Origin: Crocosphaera subtropica ATCC 51142
Lineage (GTDB): Bacteria; Cyanobacteriota; Cyanobacteriia; Cyanobacteriales; Microcystaceae
DNA length: 32,000 nucleotides
Direction: 5' to 3'
Assembly: GCF_000017845.1 (NCBI RefSeq)
Contig: NC_010546.1
Location: forward strand, 1,020,001 to 1,052,000
Positions 18,089 to 26,014 of the stretch are shown here, one piece after another. Position 1 is the first letter of the stretch. Every line of letters starts with the position of its first letter. The position numbers and the translations under genes are program-made. The notes under the pieces are model-generated. The model ran no database searches and was not told the origin of the DNA. It saw nothing but the letters and a program-made list of their open reading frames with translations.

Positions 18089-18467
18089 GCAACGGAGTTA
18101 GAATTTTTTTAACGAGGGAATCAGAGTTTGAGGCTTCTTGTTGGTTGTCAGTTTTCCATAGATTCTCTTCCGTCGAACTCAGGTTACTCATATTGATTAT
18201 CATAGACATCACGAATTTATCAAAATTGAAAATAATCAAAATATGGTTGTTTTGGGACAAGATAGATTAGATGAATGTGCAATGGTACTTCTTCACTTAG
18301 CTGATATCTTTGTTGCTGTTTGGGAGTTTTCACAACACGACTACTTAAATGAATTCATCGCAATTGAGTATAAAGATAATGTTGCAGTTTAGAGAGCAAA
18401 ATCATAATTTTGATCATAGTTCTCCGTGTGATATCTATCAATTTATTGTCGCTGAAGTCACGTTCCA

Positions 18468-19673
18468 TTAAGTTCTTTTAAAGCGATTTTGTGCCTGTTT
18501 AAACGCCTGTTGCATCACCGCTTGAATTTTATCAGGATTGGGTTTTTTCCCTCCCATTAAATCCCCAAAATAAACACAAGCGCCTTCCCCTAATGCCCAA
18601 GTATAAGCCCCTGCCCAAGATGCAGCAATAATACTACCAAATCCTGGAATAAACTTAATTAATTCTCGTCCGATAGACTGGGCTAAAAATCCTCCTGCGA
18701 TCGCACTTACCACCCCACCCGCTTGAGAGGGGGTCAAAATCTGTCCATAGAGTTGCCCTAATAATGTCACTTGAGATACTTGTAAAGCGGTTAAAACAGG
18801 CATAGTGGCAAAGGGCAAGGGAACGGCTGCTAGGGTAGCTGCTGCAACGGAAAACGCCCAAATATAACGACGTGCTACATCTCGATAAAGATTACCAATT
18901 TTTTGCGTTGTTTCTCCTTCGAGAAGTTGATGAATGGCCACAGATTCCGCTTCAGGCAACTGTTTTGCTATGGTATCTCTGAGGGCTTCTAATCCATAAA
19001 AAACAGGGGTGTATCCATCTTCTTCGAGGGTAAAATCAATCAGAATAGCATCATCGTAAAGCCCCTGAAAATCGTCTTTAAGATGATTAAAAGCCCGATT
19101 AATGTCTTCAACTTCGGGAGGATAAGGGGGATGATCTTGAGTTGGGGAAGGATAAATTTCATGAAGACAAGTAACGACAAGAAGATAGGGGACTTTTGGC
19201 GATAGTTCACGCAATACTTTGGCAACTTTAGCTAGGGTTTCTGTGGCAAAATCATTAATTTTAACGGTTAAAATGACGACCCTCGCCCGATGATTGCATT
19301 CTTGTAGTTTGTCGCTTAATTCTTGAATAATAGAATCGGTATTTTGTTGAACGTCACCTAATCCTACTGTATCAGTAAAAACGAGTAAAGGAAGGTCATC
19401 ATTAGGATAAGTATATTGGTTGGTATGCTTGGTATGAGGACGAAATCCCTTACCAACGATTTCGGCTGAAACCCCAGTTAATCCTCGTACAATAGAACTT
19501 TTACCCGATTGGGTTTTTCCAATTAAAATGGCTTCAGTAGTGGGTAATTTTTCTCGTACTGTTTCTAGAATTTCTGCAATTTGTTCATCACTAACCTGAA
19601 ACCATTGAGGAATTTTTTGCAACAATAATTTATCTTTTAGAAAATTCTTAGTTGATTGAAACAATTGATTCAT
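18468..19673 (-). CDS. GTPase domain fused to a DUF697-type membrane domain (YcjF-like C-terminus)
   Basis: P-loop GKTQSGKSSIVRGLTG, switch II DTVGLGD, and a C-terminal Gly/Ala-rich hydrophobic region (AFSVAAATLAAVPLPFATMPVLTAL...GGFLAQSIGRE). The listed start at 19715 is TTG. The first ATG (MNQLFQ) is at 19673. Confidence 0.75.
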   Translation of the reverse strand: MNQLFQSTKNFLKDKLLLQKIPQWFQVSDEQIAEILETVREKLPTTEAILIGKTQSGKSSIVRGLTGVSAEIVGKGFRPHTKHTNQYTYPNDDLPLLVFTDTVGLGDVQQNTDSIIQELSDKLQECNHRARVVILTVKINDFATETLAKVAKVLRELSPKVPYLLVVTCLHEIYPSPTQDHPPYPPEVEDINRAFNHLKDDFQGLYDDAILIDFTLEEDGYTPVFYGLEALRDTIAKQLPEAESVAIHQLLEGETTQKIGNLYRDVARRYIWAFSVAAATLAAVPLPFATMPVLTALQVSQVTLLGQLYGQILTPSQAGGVVSAIAGGFLAQSIGRELIKFIPGFGSIIAASWAGAYTWALGEGACVYFGDLMGGKKPNPDKIQAVMQQAFKQAQNRFKRT

Positions 19674-19878
19674 TTTGAAAAATGTTAACTTAAGGGGATA
19701 AAAATCCTGATTCAACCAGTTATCAATTTTTAGTTCTTAGTTATCAACTACTGTTAACTGGTAACTGTTCATTAATAATTCTTAAAACAGAGAACCTTAT
19801 ATTAAATATAACAAAATTAACAGTCAATTTTTCACTATAGCTAGTCTATTTGAATCATTAACGTACTTGTTTAGAAGA

Positions 19879-19909
19879 GGGAATAGGGAACGGGAAACGG
19901 GGAACAGAG
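19879..19909. repeat. Degenerate heptamer tandem repeat (AATAGGG/AACGGGA/AACGGGG/AACAGAG), STRR-like
   Basis: Reads GAGGGAATAGGGAACGGGAAACGGGGAACAGAG. Same family as the array at 8999-9026. Intergenic. Confidence 0.6.
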
Positions 19910-19944
19910 AATTTTCACAACTCATTTAAACTGGCTATATAAGT

Positions 19945-21291
19945 CTAATGATTAGTCACAATTCTAAAACCTGCGTGTTGATAGAAGTTAGGACGGAACC
20001 AATTACGATAATATTTTAAGGTTTCTGTTCCTTGAGTTACCCAAGCCCCTCCTAACATCATTTTATGGTTATTATCAAAAAAGGGTGCGGAATTATCTTC
20101 ATAGAGAAAATGGGGTTCAAATCCTGGTAAGGGATGAAAATTTTCGTCTAACCATTCCCAAACATTCCCCCGTAAGTCCCATAGTCCCGAATGACTTTGG
20201 GCTGTTTTGACTAACCCTACTGGACTAGGGGAACCGAATTTTAAATTGAGATTATAATCATTAACTTTTTCGATGTCTACTTGATAGTTATCATTTGATC
20301 CATAGGCTGCTAAATTCCATTCTGCTTCACTCATTAGTCTTGTTCCTTTGCCTTTCCAACCACAATAGGCCATGGCTTCATAATAATTAACTTCTACGGG
20401 CCAATCTAAAGGTAATGGTATTTCATCAAACATAGCACGATAGGAATATTTACCATTATTGAATTGCCAAAACTTAGGATTTTTGACTTTGTTTTCTTCT
20501 TTCCATTGCCAAGATTTTTCGTTCCAATAGGATTGAGTTTCGTAACCTTTACGATTGATAAATTCGAGAAACTCTCCATTAGTGACTAAATATTGACTAG
20601 CAAAAAATGAATCAACTTTAACCAGGCGATCGCCATATTCACAGTCCCATCCATATAAAGGATTATCTTTAGCTTTACCTAGTGTAACGGTTCCTCCCTC
20701 TACTAAAATCATCTTATTTGTATTAGGAACTCCCTGAGAAGGTGCATATTGCCATCCTTGCGGTTTTTCCACTTTTTCTGTGGGAAGTTGTCTTAATAAC
20801 ATCGAAGAGGTTTCAAAATGAATTCGTTGATGTTCCATCCCCATCATCAAAGCCCAAAGGGGATGACTGGCATGGATAGGAAGGTCGAAAGTCGTATTTT
20901 TGATAACTTCTAAAATCACCTCATAAGCTTTATTTCGATAGTCCCAAACTTGCCTAACATCTGGCCAATTAATATGAGCGATCGCCTGATTTAATTCTTC
21001 TGCATTTTCGGGATCAACTCCAAATTCAAATAAAATTTCATAATCTGAATTAATCCCTTTTTCTAATAACTCAACTCGAATTAATTTATTAATATAAAAA
21101 GCAGCAGAATGACCTAAATAAAAAATTAAGGGATTCCTTAAGGGATCAGGATTAATATAAAATGTTTCATCATCTATAATACTCCTCATCAAAATGTTTT
21201 CTAATTCCCAACTATTTTGAAAGTAATTTATGACGGAATCTTGAGTACAATTATTAAGAAAAATCGGTAATTGAGATTTAATGAATGACAT
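19945..21291 (-). CDS. egtB: Sulfoxide synthase, OvoA-N-terminal-like (DinB-like plus FGE-sulfatase domains); probable ergothioneine EgtB
   Basis: 448 aa. DinB-type metal-site blocks PLIFYLGHSAAFYINKL and MGMEHQRIHFETS. FGE-sulfatase-type block LWDLRGNVWEWLDE. No C-terminal methyltransferase domain. Located directly downstream of egtD. Confidence 0.8.
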   Translation of the reverse strand: MSFIKSQLPIFLNNCTQDSVINYFQNSWELENILMRSIIDDETFYINPDPLRNPLIFYLGHSAAFYINKLIRVELLEKGINSDYEILFEFGVDPENAEELNQAIAHINWPDVRQVWDYRNKAYEVILEVIKNTTFDLPIHASHPLWALMMGMEHQRIHFETSSMLLRQLPTEKVEKPQGWQYAPSQGVPNTNKMILVEGGTVTLGKAKDNPLYGWDCEYGDRLVKVDSFFASQYLVTNGEFLEFINRKGYETQSYWNEKSWQWKEENKVKNPKFWQFNNGKYSYRAMFDEIPLPLDWPVEVNYYEAMAYCGWKGKGTRLMSEAEWNLAAYGSNDNYQVDIEKVNDYNLNLKFGSPSPVGLVKTAQSHSGLWDLRGNVWEWLDENFHPLPGFEPHFLYEDNSAPFFDNNHKMMLGGAWVTQGTETLKYYRNWFRPNFYQHAGFRIVTNH

Positions 21292-21358
21292 ATAATATAC
21301 TTAATTAAGGGATACAAATGATAGGAGCATAATTAATAATACTCCTATTAACTATAAC

Positions 21359-22366
21359 TTATTTACAAGCTTGGCAGAGAATTAATGCAAACCATTGATT
21401 TTTATCAGTAAAGACTTTGACTGGTTTTAATTGCTTAGAAGCTAATTTATGCTTAGTTTGCTCTACATCAAACTTACGAGAAATCTCAGTTAATATTTTC
21501 TCTTTTCTTTCTAAATTGACTGTTAAGTCAAGATTTTTGAAGGTAATTCTTTGCTCTGTTTCAGATTCTAGATACATTTCAATTTGATGTTTTTCTTCAT
21601 TGTAGATAGCTTGATGTTTGAAGCAATTAAGGTCAAAGTTTCCTTGAAATTTATGGTTTAAATGGGAAAGCATATTTAAGTTAAAAGCAGCCGTTACTCC
21701 TTGACTATCATTGTAAGCTGCCTCTAAAATAGATCTAGGTTTTTGTAAATCAACTCCCAATAAAAAATAATCTCCCTTTTCCAGAACTTTTGCAATTTTA
21801 TTTAAGAAGTTATCATAATCAGTTTCACTAAAATTGCCGATAGAACTTCCCAAGAAAAAAATCATTCTTGCTGACCAAGAAGTTGACTTTAATTGAGTTA
21901 ATGCCTGGTCATAAGTTCCCACCAAACCTTGAATTTTTAGAGAACTATATTCTTGCTGTAATTGTATGGCACTTTCTTTTAAAATTCCTGCACTAACATC
22001 AATTGGCATATATTTAAACAGATCATTTTGCTGATCGTAAGCATCCAATAATAAGCGAGTTTTAGTGGAACTTCCACTTCCTAATTCGACTAATTCACAA
22101 TTCCCTGTGATTTGGGCAATTTCTTCTGCATATTGTCTTAAAATACTGGCTTCTGTTCGTGTCGGATAGTATTCGGGTAACTCACAAATTTGCTCAAATA
22201 ATTGAGATCCCTGATCATCATAGAAATATTTAGATGGTATCTTTTTAGGGCATTGAGTTAACCCTTCTTTTACATCTTGACCCAAGGAATTGTTTAGTTT
22301 GTTTACAGTTTCAAGGGGCTGTAAATATTCAATTTTTAATTGCTCTGTTTGAAGTTGGGTTAACAT
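21359..22366 (-). CDS. egtD: L-histidine N-alpha-methyltransferase
   Basis: 335 aa. EgtD-type blocks LPEYYPTRTEASIL, SAM-binding ELGSGSSTKTRLLL, FLGSSIGNF. Adjacent to the sulfoxide synthase gene. Confidence 0.85.
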   Translation of the reverse strand: MLTQLQTEQLKIEYLQPLETVNKLNNSLGQDVKEGLTQCPKKIPSKYFYDDQGSQLFEQICELPEYYPTRTEASILRQYAEEIAQITGNCELVELGSGSSTKTRLLLDAYDQQNDLFKYMPIDVSAGILKESAIQLQQEYSSLKIQGLVGTYDQALTQLKSTSWSARMIFFLGSSIGNFSETDYDNFLNKIAKVLEKGDYFLLGVDLQKPRSILEAAYNDSQGVTAAFNLNMLSHLNHKFQGNFDLNCFKHQAIYNEEKHQIEMYLESETEQRITFKNLDLTVNLERKEKILTEISRKFDVEQTKHKLASKQLKPVKVFTDKNQWFALILCQACK

Positions 22367-22748
22367 GGAATAACTAAAATGATTACCATTAACTTTTGTT
22401 ATCTTATTTTAAAACAATTTAGTAACAAAAAGCACAATATCACCCTAAAAAAATTTTTCATGGCTAAAATTGATCTAATAAGACTTGAAAAAAAATAACA
22501 AGTATGATATGAATGTATAAAAAAAATTAAGATTTATTATCTTAAAGTAAGAGTAATCGAAAATAAATACAGTCAAAAACAAGGATGAACTGTATAGAAT
22601 TACCCAGAGATATTAAAAGAAGTCAAAGAGATAATTGAACAAGCGATCGCTTGTAACATTTAAAAAAATTCCTTCTCAGTGAAACTAACCAGAAAAATTT
22701 GGGAATAATAGAGCTAAGAAGTAAAATTACTAATCGGGAGGAGTTCTC

Positions 22749-23186
22749 ATGGTTACGGCAAACTCAAAACAACCCCTAGGAACTATCTTACAAGAAGCCA
22801 AACTGATTACCCCTTATCAGGTGGAAACAGCACTAAACGAACAAAAAAAACATCCTCAACGCCGTCTAGGGGAAATTTTAGCGGAAAAAGGCTGGATTAA
22901 ACAACAAACAGCCGATTTCTTTGCTGAAGAGTGGGAGAAAGTCCTTACACAAGCTCAGCAAGGGACTCCTCAGTCTTTAGGTTATTATCTCAGGGAAGCT
23001 GGCTTAATCGATGACTATCAACTTGATGATATTTTAGCAGAACAGGGACAAGGCAGAATGTGGATGAGAATTGGTGCTTTAGCAGTATTAAAAGGCTGGT
23101 TGAACCAAACGACGGTTGATTTTCTACTTACACATCTCCACCCTGACAAAGCAGGAGACTCTCCTTTTATTAGAGCAAAACAGTAG
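22749..23186 (+). CDS. Stand-alone protein made of two tandem T2SS-E N-terminal (MshEN-like) modules
   Basis: 145 aa. PLGTILQEAKLITPYQVETALNEQ then RLGEILAEKGWIKQQTADFFAEEW, followed by SLGYYLREAGLIDDYQLDDILAEQ then RIGALAVLKGWLNQTTVDFLLTHL. Each pair resembles the RLGxxLLxxGLLxxxxLxxxLxxQ motif. Confidence 0.5.
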   Translation: MVTANSKQPLGTILQEAKLITPYQVETALNEQKKHPQRRLGEILAEKGWIKQQTADFFAEEWEKVLTQAQQGTPQSLGYYLREAGLIDDYQLDDILAEQGQGRMWMRIGALAVLKGWLNQTTVDFLLTHLHPDKAGDSPFIRAKQ

Positions 23187-23326
23187 CCAGTTATCAAAAA
23201 AAATGTTAGGATATAATCATAACAGGATAAATCGTTCATCTGTTGTCACCAACAGACGGAAGTAGGGAATCAATATCCCGAAGGAACGCGCCTCATTCGA
23301 TCCACTACGATTTAGAAGGAGGCGTT

Positions 23327-23497
23327 ATGCCCTTAAATAACAACTTTGGTACTCACCGAAACGAGTTTGACAGTTTACAGTCTAAATCTCGTTTTTTAAT
23401 CGCCCAAAATCGCGGTAAGCAGCAACATCGTCAACTCTCTATGTTGCATCGTCTTGCTTCAGAAATGGGTGTCACTGTGGAATCTTTTAAAGCATAA
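23327..23497 (+). CDS. Hypothetical small protein (56 aa)
   Basis: ATG at 23327 is preceded by a strong SD (GAAGGAGG, 5-6 nt spacer). The listed longer ORF starts at a TTG (23243) with no SD. No homology recognised. Confidence 0.4.
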   Translation: MPLNNNFGTHRNEFDSLQSKSRFLIAQNRGKQQHRQLSMLHRLASEMGVTVESFKA

Positions 23498-23511
23498 AAC
23501 AGAGGTGAGTC

Positions 23512-23667
23512 ATGACTAATAATCAAAAACACTTGAGTGATGTGGCACGTCTTCACCGTGCTAACATTTTAAAAAGCTTAGAGCATCGTTTACAAGTTGC
23601 TCGCTCCAAAGGACAAAGTAGTTTAATTGAGCAATTAGAAGCTGAAAGAAGCTACTATAAGCGTTAA
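23512..23667 (+). CDS. Hypothetical small protein (51 aa), not in the supplied ORF track
   Basis: ATG at 23512 preceded by GAGGTGAG. Translates to MTNNQKHLSDVARLHRANILKSLEHRLQVARSKGQSSLIEQLEAERSYYKR, predicted helical. Starts 14 nt after the previous small ORF and is followed by a strong hairpin. Confidence 0.4.
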   Translation: MTNNQKHLSDVARLHRANILKSLEHRLQVARSKGQSSLIEQLEAERSYYKR

Positions 23668-23695
23668 TTCTAATGGAGTTTTGTTTGAATTAAGT

Positions 23696-23739
23696 AAAGG
23701 GTTCTCATTTGACTAATTGGTTACAAATGAGAACCCTTT
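23696..23739. terminator. Bidirectional intrinsic-terminator-like hairpin
   Basis: AAAGGGTTCTCATTTG (23696-23711) is the perfect reverse complement of CAAATGAGAACCCTTT (23724-23739). The stem is 16 bp and the loop 12 nt. It sits between convergent genes. Confidence 0.6.
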
Positions 23740-23789
23740 AACTTGTGGATGATTTTTCATTATTCAATGATTGTTAACGAGAAAAAGAA

Positions 23790-24383
23790 TTATTCTTCTA
23801 CAGCCGAAGGATAAACATCAGTAGCAGCTAAGACAGGCTTTTCTGTATATTCTGCCTCGATTTCTTGTTGTAAATCTAAGTCCCAAGTAAGATCGTATTC
23901 TCGCTCAAATTCACTGCTAATATAAGGCCGTAACACACCCGTTACAGTGACATACTGAGCTTCTGGCTGATCTTGAATATTAAGTTCAGAATTTGGCGTA
24001 ACACCAACCACTAACAGTTCACCATTTCTAAACCAACCTTCTTCCCCTAAGGTGTAAGCATTAGGAGAATAAACCTTTGCGACATCGGCTTCTACTGCAA
24101 CCACTCGATTATAATAAGCCTCTGGGTTTTCTGCCAACTCTTCAGGATCAGGAGCTAAGGCTATAGATTGAGCAATAATCGCAGGTTGCTCTTCGTATTG
24201 AGCATATAAATTGGGATCTAACCCAATACCATATTCTCTTTCAATATCAGCAATGACTAATTGCGCCACTTCTCCCGTAACTTGTATAGGAACATCTTCT
24301 CCGTCTTGAGGTATCATCTCTGAACCTGTAGCATCAATGACGACAATCGCTTCTCCACCAAAAAACCCATCAGACTCTACCAC
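23790..24383 (-). CDS. Acidic two-repeat hypothetical protein; the listed GTG start is probably not the true N-terminus
   Basis: 197-aa listed ORF. The frame stays open up to 24512, and those upstream codons belong to the first copy of an internal ~100-aa repeat (see findings). No family recognised. Confidence 0.5.
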   Translation of the reverse strand: MVESDGFFGGEAIVVIDATGSEMIPQDGEDVPIQVTGEVAQLVIADIEREYGIGLDPNLYAQYEEQPAIIAQSIALAPDPEELAENPEAYYNRVVAVEADVAKVYSPNAYTLGEEGWFRNGELLVVGVTPNSELNIQDQPEAQYVTVTGVLRPYISSEFEREYDLTWDLDLQQEIEAEYTEKPVLAATDVYPSAVEE

Positions 24384-24728
24384 ATAACCATTATTTCCGA
24401 GAGTTTCCCGAATTTCACTTCTGATAGTAATCGTTTGGCCGATCAGTTGTTCGGTTTCTTCGGTGAGTTGTTCACTGGTAACATTATTGGGCGAGGTGAT
24501 CTCTCTAGAGAGTTAGTTTTGTAATCAAGAAATAATAAACTTTAGACATAAATTTCTTATACAACTCTGTGTCGCTTTGTGATATGAAAAAAGAGATTTC
24601 ATATGAGAACTGGCATCACAAGGTAAGTTGAGCTTATCAAAGATAAAAAAAAATTATATATAAAAACCATTGCTATCTATAAAACTTATGTTTACACTAG
24701 GAGTATAGAAATTAATTGAGAAGTCATT

Positions 24729-25052
24729 ATGGTCTGTTTTTCTAACAATCAACAAGTTACTACCGCTAAAATCGGATTTAACCGAGGTAAAGCTCAAGAT
24801 TACTTACTCCCACTGCGTCAATGGTTAACTAACGTAGAAATAAAAAATGAATCCACTGCACATATTCTTTGTCGTCTCATTCCGGTACAATGTCCTTTTG
24901 AACGGGATATCTATCTTTTTGGTCAAAAAATATGCCATATTCCCCCATTATGCAAACTCAACCCCTTCTATGAAGAGGTTGTTGCGTTAAGATTCCGTGC
25001 GTTATGTTATTTAGCTGATGAATGTGGCCAAGATGTTCGTTGCTATTGTTAG
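24729..25052 (+). CDS. Mo-dependent nitrogenase C-terminal domain family protein
   Basis: 107 aa. LRQWL...AHILCRLIPVQCPFERDIYLFGQKICHIPPLCKLNPFYEEVVALRFRALCYLADECG matches my recollection of the cyanobacterial Mo-nitro_C family pattern. Confidence 0.7.
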   Translation: MVCFSNNQQVTTAKIGFNRGKAQDYLLPLRQWLTNVEIKNESTAHILCRLIPVQCPFERDIYLFGQKICHIPPLCKLNPFYEEVVALRFRALCYLADECGQDVRCYC

Positions 25053-25065
25053 TTATGTGACTGGA

Positions 25066-25467
25066 TCATCCCATTAAAATAACATTATCAATGACGTGAA
25101 TCACTCCATTATCTGCTTCAATATCAGCAGCAAGTACGGTGGCATTTTTAACTTCAAAACCATCAGAACAATCAATGGAAATGGGAGAACCTTCTAAAGA
25201 AATAACAGAATTAACTTTAGCTAAATCTGCTTTCATTAGTTTACCTGGGACAACATGATAAGTTAAAATTCGTGCTAATTGAGGAACATTCTGAACTAAG
25301 GTTTGAATGGTTCCTGGAGGAAGTTTAGCAAAAGCGGCATCATTCGGTGCAAAAACAGTAAACGGTCCTTCTCCTTTTAAAGCATCGACTAAATTAGCAG
25401 TTTTAACCGCAGTGACTAAAGTTTCAAATCCTTCTGTATTTACGGCAATGTCAACAATATCAGGCAT
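25066..25467 (-). CDS. Fasciclin (FAS1) domain protein
   Basis: 133 aa. FAS1 blocks [20 protein letters not shown] and [12 protein letters not shown]. Confidence 0.9.
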   Translation of the reverse strand: MPDIVDIAVNTEGFETLVTAVKTANLVDALKGEGPFTVFAPNDAAFAKLPPGTIQTLVQNVPQLARILTYHVVPGKLMKADLAKVNSVISLEGSPISIDCSDGFEVKNATVLAADIEADNGVIHVIDNVILMG

Positions 25468-25699
25468 ATTTTTCAGGTTAGTTTGATAATTCTTTTTATT
25501 GATTATAAACTACAAATGACAAAAACAAAACCTATGCTAAGTTAGTGATTGTTTTAGGAGATTGATCTTATCTAGAACAAGTTTCTACAAGTCTGATGAG
25601 ATTTTTGCGATCGCAGCAATAACAAGCTGGATAAACAGTTAAATAGAAGGGAGATGTGATAAACTAAAAGGTGTTTTCTATCGTTATATTACATTTTAG

Positions 25700-26014
25700 A
25701 TGTTTTCTAAAGACAATCTTTTTGCTGTTTCTTTATTTCCCTATTTAGGGTTTTTGTGGTTTCTGACTCGTTCTCAAGAAACCCCTCGTTTAGCTTTAAT
25801 TGGCTTTTATGTTTTATTAGTCTTTGTGGCTGTTACCATTCCTGCTGGAATCTATGCCAAAATGGAATATGGAGAAGTATTAGCGAATATTGACTGGTTA
25901 CACGGTAGCGCAGAATCTTTCTTAACCTTATCTAATATTTTAGTTGCTTTGGGGTTTCGTCAAGGAATTATAGAATATCAAAAGAAACAAGAAAAAACTC
26001 AAACAGATGATTAA
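25700..26014 (+). CDS. Small conserved membrane protein (recalled as DUF3593-like; name unverified)
   Basis: 104 aa with three hydrophobic helices (FAVSLFPYLGFLWFL, LIGFYVLLVFVAVTIPAGIY, FLTLSNILVALGF). Overlaps the convergent Uma2 gene end by 4 nt. Confidence 0.5.
   Translation: MFSKDNLFAVSLFPYLGFLWFLTRSQETPRLALIGFYVLLVFVAVTIPAGIYAKMEYGEVLANIDWLHGSAESFLTLSNILVALGFRQGIIEYQKKQEKTQTDD

Noticed and set aside
18075-18270. Mutually antisense 61- and 62-aa ORFs in the ORF-poor stretch after the NTase pseudogene
   Set aside because: They overlap each other almost completely, have low-complexity translations and lack an SD. I treat the region as degraded or non-coding.
18655-19225. Two alternative-frame ORFs (68 and 61 aa) on the GTPase gene strand
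   Set aside because: They are nested out of frame in the GTPase-DUF697 CDS.
23018-23239. 73-aa ORF antisense to the 3' end of the MshEN-like gene
   Set aside because: Shadow ORF with no signals.
23290-23310. CATTCGATCC, noted as a possible tRNA T-arm-like sequence
   Set aside because: No acceptor stem, D-arm or anticodon arm can be built around it. It lies in the leader of the small ORF.
24513-24522. Perfect 10-bp palindrome CTCTAGAGAG, and nearby nested inverted repeats (CTTTGTGAT...ATCACAAGG, ATATGAAA...TTTCATAT, about 24575-24635), considered as a regulatory element or sRNA
   Set aside because: These are short stems in an AT-rich spacer with no flanking promoter or terminator features I can support. 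They are noted only as context for the gene that lacks a start codon.
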